A DNA stretch of 64,000 bases, taken from assembly GCA_013239625.1 (NCBI GenBank), contig MU054831.1, positions 435,457-499,456 of the forward strand. Reading direction: 5' to 3'. Below the pieces are notes generated by a model, which ran no database searches, had not been told where the DNA came from, and saw nothing but the letters and a program-made list of their open reading frames with translations. Source of the DNA: Lama guanicoe (Eukaryota). Made by a program: the position numbers and the translations under genes. Positions 12,786 to 24,776 of this stretch are shown here, piece by piece; the first letter of the stretch is position 1; each line of letters opens with the position of its first letter.

Positions 12786-13189
12786 CCGTTCAGCTCCACC
12801 GTGGTGGGTTCAGAGCTCACAGCTAGCTGTTGGTTTTCAGTCGCCCCGTCTGCTTTGTTTTCTTCTGCCTTTTGAGCAGTTGCACGTTCCTTTTGTCCCC
12901 TATGCTGTGTTGGGTATGACTCAGCGTGTTCATCGCCAGCCAGTGCAGCGCAGCCCACCTCTGGGTCTCCCGCTACTTGAAGTGGAGTGTGGGAAGCTGG
13001 GGGGGCTTCCCCCGCCAGCCCCGCCCCCGTGCTTGGTCGCGTTACCTTTACTCTCAGAGCTCATGAATCCCACGTGCATCGTTAGCCGTTTTGTTTAAAT
13101 ACCCAGTTTTTAAAGGAGGTTTAAATAACTGGGAAAAGCGACTGTACGCTGCCTGCATGAATACTGTGTGTGCCCGTCTGCTCACCCCC

Positions 13190-14250
13190 ACCCCCAGCCC
13201 ACAACCACTAGCATCTTTCCACTGGCTCCATAGTTTGCCTTTTCCAGAGTGTCAGATAGTTGGAATGGGACCACGACACGTGACGTGCGCAGCCTGTTCA
13301 GGTTGGCTTCCTTCACTTAGCAGTAAGATGGATCTTCCAGTAAACGTACTGTTTGGTTCTGTAAGAAACTGCCAGACTGTCTTGTCTCCAAAGTAGCTGC
13401 ACCATGTCACATCCCGCCAGCCGCAGGCTGATGGGTTCTCGTTCCTAATGGAGATCTGGCTTCGGTGTCGTGTCTGACGCTTCTGATGAGACACCTGGTG
13501 CCACCCTTGCTCCCCTGCGCAGGCTAGTTCGTCCTCCTTCCTCTGGCTCGTTTACACCTGTGCCACCCGTTCCTGGCAGGTCACGGCACGTCTTGGGGTA
13601 GCTTCACTCATGTTTCTTTGTTTGGAGTTCATTGCGCTTCTTGAATGTGTGAGTTCAGAGTTGTCATCCGATCTGGAAATACTTGGGTCGTTGTTCCGTG
13701 GCATGTTGGCTGTCCTGTTTCAGAAGCTCGGGCTCCCTGGTGCCGGGCAGCGGGGCGTCCCCTCCCTCGGTTTCTCTAAACTCGCTGATTGTCTGCGGTG
13801 TCTGATCTGTCTGCGGTCACACCTCGTGTGCTTCTCTCTCCAGGTGTTCTCACCTCCAGAGGGTCAGTCTGAACCCGTGGTTTTCAGCCTATCCTCTGGC
13901 CATTTGGCGTGTGTAGCACCGTGAAAACCCCCGTCTCAGTGGCCTTGTCCTGCTGTCGCTGCAGGGTTGTGTTCCATTGTTCATTCCTCATTACGGGTTG
14001 TTTTTCCTATTTCGTTGCATGTCTGGTTTTTTGCTTTGCTTGTTTTTATTGGATGCCAGGTGTTAACGAAGTTTACTTTGGTGGGTGATGGATATTTTTG
14101 TATTCCTACACCTATCAGCCTTATTAAGTCACTTTGAAACAGTTTGCTCCTTTTTGGACTTGCTTTTAAGATCTGTTAGGTGGGACACAGAGGTGCTTAA
14201 TCCAGGGCCAGTTATTTCCTGCCACTGGGGTCAGACTCCCGGACACGGCA
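13190..14250 (-). mobile_element. Old L1 fragments
   Basis: L1-antisense motifs (ttgccttttccagagtgtcagatagttggaat; ggcttccttcacttagca; tgtaagaaactgccagactgt); boundaries approximate. Confidence 0.5.
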
Positions 14251-14649
14251 TCCCACATCCCATAAACTCAGGCAGTGGGCTGGGAGCTGCAGTGCCTGCT
14301 CCCTCCCAGCCTTGCCGTGTGCACTCCCCGCCCAGCAGCTTCCTGCGCATCAGTGTGGCTGCCAGTGCTTGGGGCTGCTCTCCCGGACAGCCAGGTCATG
14401 TCCCCGATCTGGGGACTTGGCCAGGCAGCTTCTGGGCTGGGAGGCCAGTCCAGTCCCTGTGGCTCCACCTTGACTGGAGCCAGGTCCTTACTCATGGGGC
14501 TCTCGTGGGAGGCTTGGTCCTGAGCATCTCGGACCCGTCTCTGCGGCCGGCACTGGAGAGAGTCCTCTGTGGGACAGCTGGCTCTCCTGCACCACGTGTG
14601 CCCTTTCCTGCACACACACACCGCGCCCCCTCGTGTTGTGTGATTCCAG

Positions 14650-14868
14650 GCCAACATAGCCGAGGTGGAGGTCTCCATCCCTGCCAAGCTGCACAACTCC
14701 CTCATCGGCACAAAGGGCCGCCTGATCCGCTCCATCATGGAGGAGTGCGGCGGGGTCCACATTCATTTCCCCGTGGAAGGCTCGGGAAGCGACACAGTGG
14801 TCATCAGGGGCCCTTCCTCGGATGTGGAGAAGGCCAGGAAACAGCTCCTGCACCTGGCGGAGGAGAAG
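14650..14868 (+). CDS. HDLBP: HDLBP exon (KH domain)
   Basis: cag|ANIAEVEVSIPAKLHNSLIGTKGRLI...LAEEK|gtgagc; 219 nt. Confidence 0.96.
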
Positions 14869-15049
14869 GTGAGCCCGCCCCGGGAGGGCTCCCACCTGCC
14901 CTCTTTGCGGGGCACCTCAGGTTGGGGGGGGTGCTGCGCAGCTTTTCTTCTCTGGTCTTGCCAGCACCGGAGGGCCTTTCCAGGTCAGGTGCCCCCATAT
15001 GCAGAGCAGGAGGTTTGCTCTTGGGTCTTTTATTTGGGGTTGTTGGCCT

Positions 15050-16200
15050 GTTAAGTATGATTCATGTATTTATGAATCATGAATCTGAGTTTGGACAGGT
15101 GTGCATTCATTCACATGACCACCACTACAGTAAAAATGTTTTGACTATTCCCTCCCCTCACCAAGGTTCTGCGTCGAATCAGTCACCGTTGCCCCCTTGT
15201 TTAAACCATCTGCCGGTCCGTCTCTGGGCTCCGCTCTGTTGCAGTGGCGCCGCGGGGGGCCCCTCGGCTTTATGCTTCCTGAGGTCCCTCTGGCTGCTCC
15301 TGGCCTTCCTGTGTGCGTTTTGGAACCAGCGTGTGGACTTTGGCTGAGGTCGTGTGGACTCTGAAGCTCACACTGGGGAGGCTGCCGCCCCAGCAGTGCT
15401 GCCCTCCATGCATGTCTTCCCAGGCTCAGCGTCTTGGACTTTGCTCTGGTGTTTGTAGCTCGTAGCCTGGAGAGCGTGCTGGCGTTGTGTTCACCACATG
15501 CCGGGTCTGTTTGTGGTGCTCTTGGCAGCACCTCATGCGTTTCGTTTCCAGCTGCTGCAGAACGCAGGAGCACATCCGGTTCTTGTGCGTTGGCCTCATT
15601 TACGCATCCGGTCTGAAGGTCACGTCTTGGTTCCCGTAGCTTTTTTGGTGGATTCTTGGGAGTTTTATATGTGGAACAGCGTCTGTGAATGGACGGCGGC
15701 GTCTCTTTCTCTCTGGTCTGCACCCCTGTGTGGCGTCTGGCATTGCGGGGGCCCAGCCTTGCCTTGCTGGTGGCCTCCAGGGGAGTCCTCAGTCTCCACC
15801 ACGTGGCGCGAGCTGTGGGTCTCTCACAGGCACTCCTTGTCAAGGTGAGGGAGCCCCTCTGTCCCGAGTGTGCCGAGTCTTCGTCAGGAATGGGTCTTGG
15901 ATCTTTTGAGATGATCACCTGGTTTCTTCCTTTGGTGTAAATATTAGGCTGACTTGGTGTCTAACCAGCCTGGCATCTCTGGGGTGAGCTCTGCGCGACT
16001 CTGATGTGGTAGCCTTCATCGCGCTGCTGCGTTGGGCTTGCCTGACTTGTTAGCTTTTTAGTAACTCTGCTGTTTGTGATGTCTGTCTGCAGGGTTGAAG
16101 GCTCTCAGTGGTGTTTTGTGAAACCAGCATTTAAAGATGACAAAATTCAGTCGTTTACTATTGGGCATGCTGGCAGATTTTCCTTCCCTGTGTGTTTTTT
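15050..16200 (-). mobile_element. Old L1 fragments
   Basis: T-rich degraded L1-like motifs; boundaries approximate. Confidence 0.4.
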
Positions 16201-16792
16201 CGCACTTTGGGGAGTTGGGTTTCAGGACAAGAGGAGGACAAGGCCCTGTGTGGGGTCGTGTCAGCCTGGAGGGGCATGTCCCACACTCTCAGGCCCGTCT
16301 GCCAGAGGAGCAGGCGTCAGCAGGGAGGTCACTGTGCAGAGTCTCTGCTGGGCCCTGGTCTCCGCACATCAGGCGAGGGCCTTTGTTGGCTTGGGTGTCT
16401 CTGGGCTCACTGGTGGTGAGGGGTCACCCGAAGCTCTAGGGGAGAGCCTGAGCCAGGGCGAGGGGCCAGTGTGGCGTGGGCTTCCTGCTGTCCGGTGCCC
16501 CCTAGGCCGCACTCAGGCGTCCACTCTACAGGTGGACAGTGGCTTGCAGCGGTCTGGTCACCGCTGGGGAGCGGCAGGCCTGGGGCTCTAGGTCCGCAGG
16601 CTGTTATCTGCCCGGTGCCTCTGGTTGTGGGGAGGGCACTGTTTGGGTGTCTGTCGTGTGCCTTGGTCAGGTTTGAGTAGCCCTGTCTGGGGGACATTGG
16701 TGACAGTGTAAGGAGACCTCACCCTACACCGTAGTCCCAGAGGCCAGGCAGGTGGCGTCTGGCCAATAAGTGTGTGGGGTTGGTTCCCGCAG

Positions 16793-17014
16793 CAAACTAA
16801 GAGTTTCACCGTTGACATCCGCGCCAAGCCAGAGTACCACAAATTCCTCATCGGCAAAGGGGGTGGCAAGATCCGCAGGGTGCGAGACAGCACCGGTGCC
16901 CGCGTCATCTTCCCAGCGGCTGAGGACAAGGACCAGGACCTCATCACCATCGTAGGGAAGGAGGATGCTGTAAGGGAGGCCCAGAGGGAGCTGGAGGCCC
17001 TGATCCAGAACCTG
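16793..17014 (+). CDS. HDLBP: HDLBP exon (KH domain)
   Basis: cag|QTKSFTVDIRAKPEYHKFLIGKGGGKI...LIQNL|gtgagg; 222 nt. Confidence 0.96.
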
Positions 17015-17103
17015 GTGAGGCCTGGTGGCAGGGAGCGGGGTCCCCGGGTGGCCTGGGAGTCCCGGCCGGCGGGGCTCATTCACGCCCCTTCTGAACACTG
17101 TAG

Positions 17104-17322
17104 GACAATGTGGTTGAAGACTATATGCTGGTGGACCCCAAGCACCACCGCCACTTTGTCATCCGGAGAGGCCAGGTCCTGCGGGAGATCGCAGAGGAGT
17201 ATGGTGGGGTGATGGTGAGCTTCCCACGCTCCGGCACGCAGAGCGACAGAGTCACCCTCAAAGGTGCCAAGGACTGCGTGGAGGCGGCCAAGAAGCGCAT
17301 TCAGGAGATCATCGAGGACCTG
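17104..17322 (+). CDS. HDLBP: HDLBP exon (KH domain)
   Basis: tag|DNVVEDYMLVDPKHHRHFVIRRGQVL...IIEDL|gtagga; 219 nt. Confidence 0.96.
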
Positions 17323-17905
17323 GTAGGAGCCTGGGAAGCTTGGGCGGGCTCTCGGCCCTGACGGCCACGCGGGCAGTGTGGGTGTGTGCCTGCTTCCTCC
17401 ACACCCCGTGGGCTGGCTGCCAGGCCCATGTGGCCCCGAGATAGACTCAGGTCAGGTTCTGGAGGCTTTGGTTCTGTCTTCCTCCTCAGCCTGTGCGGCC
17501 GCCTTCCACATGGGGTGGGAGTCCCTGCCAGGAGCCCACTTCCCTCCCGCCCGTCCCAGCTCATGCGGCCCCTTCAAGGGCGGCGCGTGACGGGCCACCT
17601 GCTGTGTGGCAGGGAGGGCCTCCTTTGTGTGCAGAGAAACTGCTGTTGCTGTGGGCAGGTTCTGGGTGGTAGCGAGCATCCACGGGTTCTGTGCTTTCTC
17701 AGTCTTGCTGGGAGGCGTTTCAGAAGGAGGCCTCCCCTTGGGCCTGCCATCTGTACCCCAGCTCTGGATTCACACAGAAGGGGCAGGGGCTGTGACACAC
17801 TGGGCCGTGGCTGTAGAAGGCTGAGATGAAGATGGTGAGCATGTGACTTGACTCTCAGCGGATAACCTTTGCCTTTTTTTTCCCTTATCGCCGTGTCTGC
17901 CCCAG

Positions 17906-18044
17906 GAAGCCCAGGTGACCATAGAATGCGCCATTCCCCAGAAATTCCACCGGTCTATCATGGGCCCCAAAGGTTCCAAAATCCAGCAGATTACTCGGGA
18001 CTATAACGTTCAGATTAAATTCCCAGACAGAGAGGAGAACCCAG
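17906..18044 (+). CDS. HDLBP: HDLBP exon
   Basis: cag|EAQVTIECAIPQKFHRSIMGPKGSKIQQITRDYNVQIKFPDREENP+G|gtgggt. Confidence 0.96.
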
Positions 18045-18669
18045 GTGGGTCCCTGCGGTGAGCTCTGCCGAGTGGGAAGGGGAGGCGTGGATGGCCCCAA
18101 CCTGGGGAGAAGTGTGGCGGGTGGCGGTCAGGGTCCTGGTGACGCCCCAGTGCGGGTGTGCTGCTTGGACATGGCCCACTGTCCTGGGGTGTCCAGAGGT
18201 CTCTCAGAGGCAGGCGGTGGCAGTTGCTCCAGGGTGATGAGGTGCCTTTCAGGTGTTCTAGAAGTTTTCAGAGGCTGGTCACAGGCTGGGCAGAGCACGG
18301 CGCCAGCAGCCACCTTCTTGGGTACTTGCAGTCCCACTGCTTCTCCCAGCCCCCGAGTGCCCGCCGTGTGATGGGCCGTGTCGGCTCCGTCCACAGCAGC
18401 ACCCTCTTTTCCCGGCCGTGCCCTCTGTGAGGGCACCGCCTGAGTGGCTGGTTGCCCTTCCAGGAGGGCCCTTCAGCTCCAGGGGTCCTGCTTGTCACTG
18501 GGTTGTGCTTGTGCCCCCAGGGACCGGGCGGGGAGGCGACCCTGCGATCGTTCCTCTGTCTTTTGTGTGGCTTGTCATGGCCACTAATGCTCGTTTTCCT
18601 GAGGACGCAGGCTGTTTTGAGGGGACAAGTAGTTAAATCACACCTGTTATGTTTGTTTCACATCTGAGT

Positions 18670-19150
18670 ATTTTTTTAAGTTTGATATAATTTCATGTTA
18701 AGAAAAATGCAGAATAGCGTGAAGGTACCCCAGTTCACCAGTTCTGCTTCCTCACCCACCCGCCCCTTTACACGCACGCCTGCCCGCACCATGTCTTGAG
18801 TCGCTCCAGTGTAACTTCCAGACCTAGGCCTGTAGCGGCTTCTGCCTGAGAATCAGGACACTCCCTTTTGTCACTTGGGATGACGGCGCGTTCATCGGGA
18901 CAGAAGGCCCAGTGTTACGTGGCACTGCCATCGAGCGCACTGCCAACGTTCAGATCTTGCTGGTCTTAGCAGCGTCCTCCCGAGCCCCCCGCTCCCCAGT
19001 CGGTCCTGGACCGTGACTTCTGTAGGCAGCTGTGTGTCTGTACGTTCGCTCGTTTGTTGATACCATGTGGACGCCTGGATTGTGTCTTGCTCCACAAATA
19101 GCGTTATGTTTATTTGGGGCACTCGTCCCCCGTGTGGGCCACCGGCCGTT
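18670..19150 (-). mobile_element. Old L1M 3' end fragment
   Basis: tttttaagtttgatataatttcatgttaagaaaaatgcagaatag motif typical of L1M 3' ends. Confidence 0.45.
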
Positions 19151-19489
19151 TTCCACGTCCCGTGTCATGTCCTGGGGCTCTGGGAGCCGGCCTCTTCCTG
19201 GCAGAGCCCCCCGCTGCTGCCAGCTCTCCCTCATCCTCCCAGGTCATTCTCAGGCCCGCGTCTCCCTCTGTCTGGACGCGCGGGCCCTGCTCTCTCTGTT
19301 CTTCCCGCCGGCCGGAGGCAGTTGACTCCGTTCTGAAGGCTCGGAGGTGGGTCTGGTCAGCTCGCTGGGCCTAGACCACAACCTCCTGACTGCCCTACCC
19401 CTGCCGCCCAGCGTTTCGTGGGCGCTTGACGGCAGGTGAAGCTGGGTGGGGTGTCAGTGTCTTCAGATCGAGCAGCCCTCTCTTCCTAG

Positions 19490-19641
19490 TGCACAGCGCG
19501 GAGCCAGCGGTCCACGAGAACGGCGAGGATGCCGGGGACGGGAGGGACACCAAGGAGGAGCCCGGCTCTCCCAGGAGGTGCGACATCATCGTCATCTCCG
19601 GCCGGAAGGAAAAGTGCGAGGCCGCCAAGGAAGCCCTTGAG
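19490..19641 (+). CDS. HDLBP: HDLBP exon (variable loop and KH remainder)
   Basis: tag|(V)HSAEPAVHENGEDAGDGRDTKEEPGSPRRCDIIVISGRKEKCEAAKEALE|gtgtgc. Confidence 0.94.
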
Positions 19642-20242
19642 GTGTGCTCAGACCCTCCCCAGCCTCCTGGGGGCCGATATGGGCTGTGTCCCTTTAGCCC
19701 TGGGCCCTGGGCTTGCACTGCAGGCGGTGCCGGGCCGGCGGTCTCAGCTCCTCTGTGACGCGGGGACAGCTGGGCCTGTCTGCAGCTCTGTCCCAAATGC
19801 CGCTCCAGCGTAGTGGATGGAGAGGCGAGTGGGAGACCGTCGGGGTCACGTCTGGAGGGAGCTGTGGGGAGAGCAGGTGGCAGGGGTGACGGGCGTGGCT
19901 GAGGCTGGAGGTGGGCCGGGCCGGGCCTGCGTCCCTGGTTCCCGCTCTCCTCCTCCGAGGGCCCAGATGCCATTTCCCGTGAGCTGGGCTGCTTTGCTTC
20001 TGCGCGGGGCCTGCTGCACCCGGGGCCACAGGCTCGGGGTCTGAACGTCTGCTTTGCCAGCACCGACCTGGAAGCTGGGTCCACGTCCTTTTCCCGTGTT
20101 CCCTGTCGAGTCGGAGGTCTGGGGGGAGCCGCGCGGAAGGCTCTGGAGATCACGCTGACGTTCTTCCAGGGCTCTCCCCAAAGCTCCGTGGAGGCCCGCC
20201 GCCAAGCCCACTCCCAGACCTAAGCCCAGCCTCTCCCTGCAG

Positions 20243-20347
20243 GCGCTGGTGCCAGTCACCATTGAGGTGGAGGTGCCCTTTGACCTGCACCGGTACATCA
20301 TCGGGCAGAAGGGCAGCGGGATCCGCAAGATGATGGATGAGTTCGAG
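20243..20347 (+). CDS. HDLBP: HDLBP exon
   Basis: cag|ALVPVTIEVEVPFDLHRYIIGQKGSGIRKMMDEFE|gtacgg. Confidence 0.96.
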
Positions 20348-20470
20348 GTACGGGTCCCACAGGCCCCTCCCGGGACCAGGGCGGGCTGCACGGCCCACCC
20401 ACCTTGTCCTGAGCCTGCGCTTGTCCGTGCCACGTGACACCGTGTGCATCAGGCGCCTGTCTCCATGCAG

Positions 20471-20605
20471 GTGAACATACACGTCCCGGCCCCAGAGCTG
20501 CAGTCCGACATCATCGCCATCACAGGCCTTGCTGCACACTTGGACCGGGCTAAGGCGGGGCTGCTGGAGCGCGTGAAGGAGCTGCAGGCGGAGCAGGAGG
20601 ACCGG
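20471..20605 (+). CDS. HDLBP: HDLBP exon
   Basis: cag|VNIHVPAPELQSDIIAITG...AEQEDR|gtgggt. Confidence 0.96.
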
Positions 20606-21662
20606 GTGGGTGCCGGGCGTGGCTCTCAGATGCCGTCACCCTCCAGAGCCGCCGGGGCTGCTGAGACGTCAGGGGCTGGAGGAAGAGCCGGGGGCGTGCG
20701 GAGCAGCCCGCGTCCCGGGCACTGGGGGCCTCTCTCAGAAGCAGTGTTGGGGTGTGGCGCTCTCCTCTCTGCATGACAGGCGCACGGTTGGGCTTCCACG
20801 TGGATTAGCTGTCGCTTAGTAAACATGACATTTTGGCACCTGCTTCCTCACGGGAAAGGAGAATGGGGAGGCTTGGGGGCTGTTAAAGCTGAGAAAGACC
20901 CCCAACGTGGGAGTGCGGCTGGGCAGGCTCCCCGTCATCCTCTGCGGTCTCCCCGCAGTTGCCTCCGCGTGGAAAGGTGCCTTGCCCCTCTGCAGAGCTG
21001 GCGTGGGGGGGCTCACATGGGTGATGCTTGCCTGGCCAGGTGTCCTGGAAACTTGAAGCACCGTTACCAGTCACATGGGAGTGACGGCCTCCTCGCTGAG
21101 GGGAACCTTCCTGGGGTTGGCGATGGGGCGGCGTGGCCCTCGTGAGTCCAGTCCCCGTTGGCTCAGCCTTGGCACAGGCTTCGGGTCTGCTCTCCGCTCA
21201 GGTCGCCGCCTGAGCCTCTGGCCATGGGCATCCCTCTGTACTTGTCCCCTTTGGGGTTTGGGGGTTTGGCCTGTTCTCGTGCCTCTGCTGTGGGAGACCC
21301 AGGACTCCTGTGCTTACCTGTTAGGTCCCTGTTTCACGACTTAGTGGGGAAAGCAGAGCCCGGGGCCCACCCTGCAGTGTGCTGCCCCGCCCGGGGGATG
21401 CCAGCGTGTAGCTTGCCTCTTCAGGTCCTTTCCTGAGGGGTTTGTGCTGGTGGTCACGGAGTGGGCTCGGGTTCCCGTCACTGGTGGGCGGTGGAGGGCC
21501 CGGAGGCCAGCAGGCACGCCGTGTCTCGCTCTTGTTGCTGAGGCGACGGCGGACGCCTTCCAGGATTGGGATGGAGCCGGGGGCGTGTGGATGCGCCTGA
21601 TGGTGGAGGTCAAGGCCGCAATGCCCTCCCCTTGGCCTCACTCCCACTTGTTTCATCTGTAG

Positions 21663-21806
21663 GCTTTAAGGAGTTTTAAGCTGAGTGTCATTGTAGACCC
21701 CAAATACCACCCCAAAATCATCGGGAGAAAGGGGGCAGTGATCACGCAGATCCGCTTGGAGCACGACGTGAACATCCAGTTTCCTGACAAGGAAGACGGG
21801 AGCCAG
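21663..21806 (+). CDS. HDLBP: HDLBP exon
   Basis: tag|ALRSFKLSVIVDPKYHPKIIGRKGAVITQIRLEHDVNIQFPDKEDGSQ|gtaagg. Confidence 0.96.
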
Positions 21807-23404
21807 GTAAGGGTGGCCACCGGGTCGGCCCCGCGGCTGAAGTATGTCAGGGGCAGGGGGCCTCTCGTTGACCTCTGTCCTGACCTGGGCACGTGACCAG
21901 AGTGGCAGTGAAAGTGCAGAGTTCAGAGCAGCCGATCTGAGGGTCTGATCGTGGCTGGGGGTTTGGGTCCATCTTAGTCCATGCCAGCTGCCTGGGCTTT
22001 CCCTGACAGAGTTGTGTCACCGTGTGGACGTGGGGCGTTTCGCCTGCGCCCTCCTGGTCACTCTTGGGGTTCGGCGGGGTCCTTCTTGTGCAGTTGCGTC
22101 CACCAGAGCAGCCCTGCAGAGGTGCGCCCTCCGCCCTCTGCACTCAGAAGGCAGCCTGCTCCCTGGGCACCGCCTGCTGGCCCGTCCCACGCCGCTGCAC
22201 GTCCTCTCTGGCCCTTTCCGCCCCCTGGCTCTGCCTGGGTCTCCTGCAGTCCTCGGTCCGCAGCACCGCGCCAGCAGCAGCTCCCCAGAGCCCTCTGGCC
22301 AGCAGGCCCCTCCGGCCTGCCACGCCTCCTGCCCTCCCCGGCCTCTTACTTCTGGGGTCTGACGCTCTGCCCCTCATGCCGAGCCTCCCCAGGCGGTTTC
22401 CGTGCAGTGCCTTTTACTGGCTCTGTGTCTCTAAGGGCGTTTATGCTGCTAGGTTTTTAAACTCTTTTGAGTATCTTGATCTTGAGAACTCAGTTCTCTC
22501 ACACGCCTCGTTTTCTCTGCCTTTTACTTCCCTCAGTTCTTCCACACAGTCGTCAGTTTCTTAAGTCGTTATTTGGCGTCTGGATGTTTCCGTTGCTCGC
22601 GGGGTCGCGGGGTCATGTGTTCTGCACGCACAGCTTTCTCCTGTGAGTCTGTTCCGTGGCTGCTGTGTATTTGGTGGGCGATGGGCTCATCAGCTGGTGG
22701 AGGCTTCTGGGCTCTGCGGGGCTGGGCTCACACTGTCTGCATTTGCTCCATCGGGACAGGAGGCACCTGGTGCTGCCCTGGTGTGTCCTAGAGTCTCTCT
22801 CGTCTCCCCTGGGGCAAGCCCTTGCGTCCCTGCTTTGTCTCCAGGCGTGCGCATTTGCCCTCTGGTCTTTCTGCACCATGTTCTCGTCTTCCTGCATGGG
22901 TGTAGTGTGTCTTCCTGTCCTGAGGAGTGTGGCTTCAGGCTGTGCTTTGTTTCCAGGTTTTCTTCTCTGTGTCTCGGACTACCTGTCTGCTCCACTCTCA
23001 CCTGTTCATTTGAGGGGGGCGGTGCTGAGCTGGGAGCCCCGGTGGGTGTGGAGCGCCGGCCGCGGAGTCTGGCCCCTTCTCTCCGGGTCTGTTTCCAGCG
23101 GAGGGCCCTTCCCTGCGCCATCGCCTGCCTGTCTCGTCTCACCTCTGGCCGGGCTCCTCCCCTTCCTGCGGCTCTCTGTGGTGGAGCTGGGAGGGGCAGC
23201 AGCTGAGGGACGTCGTTTACCTGTCGTCATGAATCGGTCACCTGGTGTGCTCGCACACCTCCCTTCTCTCCTGAGCAGGCTGGGCTTTCCCCCGTCGGTG
23301 GGGCCTGCCTCACTCAGTCCTTGGCCAGCCAGCCCCTCCAGTCGGTGCTCGAGGTCAGGGGTCCCTGGGGCACTGCCTCTTCTGACCCGCTTTTCCTTTC
23401 TCAG

Positions 23405-23590
23405 CCCCAGGACCAAATTACCATCACAGGATACGAAAAGAACACCGAAGCCGCTCGGGACGCGATACTGAAGATCGTGGGCGAACTCGAACAGATGGTT
23501 TCTGAGGACGTCCCGCTAGACCACCGTGTCCACGCCCGCATCATTGGTGCCCGGGGCAAAGCCATCCGCAAGATCATGGATGAATTCAAG
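23405..23590 (+). CDS. HDLBP: HDLBP exon
   Basis: cag|PQDQITITGYEKNTEAARDAIL...IIGARGKAIRKIMDEFK|gtgcgt. Confidence 0.95.
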
Positions 23591-23896
23591 GTGCGTTCCA
23601 GCCTGGCCAGAGGGATGTGGCGGGGGGCAGGGCCGGGCTTCCCACACCATTGAGGCATCTCCTTCCATGAGGGCCAGTGGAGGGAGCCCCAGGACCACCA
23701 CAGGTCTCGAGCCTTCCTGCCTGGGCTCCCGACCACCCTCGGGGGTCGGACTGGGGAGGTATCTTGAGGCTCAGGGGCCCGTTCCTAAGGCAGTGGGGTC
23801 ATGTGAGTCATAGCTGTTTGTACCAGGGTGACCCTTTGGTCCAGAGCCCCTGGGCGGGCTCTCGGAGCCACCTCAGCCACTGCATGCCCCTTCCAG

Positions 23897-24013
23897 GTGG
23901 ACATTCGCTTCCCACAGAGTGGGGCCCCTGACCCCAACTGTGTCACCGTGACGGGGCTCCCAGAAAACGTGGAGGAGGCGATCGACCACATCCTCAACCT
24001 GGAAGAGGAATAC
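23897..24013 (+). CDS. HDLBP: HDLBP exon
   Basis: cag|VDIRFPQSGAPDPNCVTVTGLPENVEEAIDHILNLEEEY|gtgagt. Confidence 0.96.
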
Positions 24014-24093
24014 GTGAGTCATGGGTGGGCGGAGGCCCATGCTGGGGGCTCGCATCCCTGCTGCCACACACTGACCCTCCCCTGTACCCCCAG

Positions 24094-24222
24094 CTGGCCG
24101 ACGTGGTGGACAGCGAGGCACTGCAGCTGTACATGAAGCCCCCAGCCCATGAGGAATCCAAGGCACCGTCCAGGGGCTTTGTGGTGCGGGATGCTCCCTG
24201 GACAGCCAGCAGCGGCGAGAAG
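24094..24222 (+). CDS. HDLBP: HDLBP exon
   Basis: cag|LADVVDSEALQLYMKPPAHEESKAPSRGFVVRDAPWTASSGEK|gtgagc. Confidence 0.96.
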
Positions 24223-24321
24223 GTGAGCCGGCTCTGCCCCCGCCCCACGTGTGCGTGCCGGGCCGCCAGCACCAGGATGAGCATGGGCGGCCCTCACTGA
24301 AGCTGTGCCTTCTCCCCACAG

Positions 24322-24408
24322 GCTCCCGACATGAGCAGCTCGGAGGAGTTTCCCAGCTTTGGGGCTCAGGTGGCCCCCAAGACCCTCCCTTGGGGCCCCA
24401 AACGATAA
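24322..24408 (+). CDS. HDLBP: HDLBP terminal coding exon
   Basis: cag|APDMSSSEEFPSFGAQVAPKTLPWGPKR then TAA(TGA); the vigilin C-terminus. Confidence 0.96.
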   Translation, partial: APDMSSSEEFPSFGAQVAPKTLPWGPKR

Positions 24409-24770
24409 TGATCAGAAAGCAGCCGCTCCCCAGCCTGCTGACCCCAGCCCACCACACAGTGGTTTGTCTCGATCAGACCCAGCGGCTGGACCCTCCGTAA
24501 ATTGCCGACGCCCCCCTTCCCCGAGGTCTCACAGCGAAGCCGGCGCCCGCGCTGCGTGTGGCGGGTTCCCAGGCTGGCCAGCACCCAGCGTGGCCCAGGA
24601 CCTGCCCACAGCCTTTGCTCCGGGGCGGCTCTATGCAGTCGTGAACACTAAACGAGGTCACGGGACGTCTCACAGTAAGCCCCTGGCCCACCCAGCATGT
24701 CGGAGGCCCCGGCCTCCATGAGGAGGCGCCACACTGTGCTGAGTCTGCTTCCTGTGTCACGACCTCAGGA

Positions 24771-24776
24771 AATAAA
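24771..24776 (+). terminator. HDLBP: HDLBP proximal poly(A) signal
   Basis: AATAAA ~360 nt after the stop, followed by a pyrimidine-rich tract. Confidence 0.75.

Noticed and set aside
14085-15347. 420-aa + strand ORF
   Set aside because: Crosses a real HDLBP exon in another frame plus intron and L1 relics; no domain; expected by chance at this GC content.
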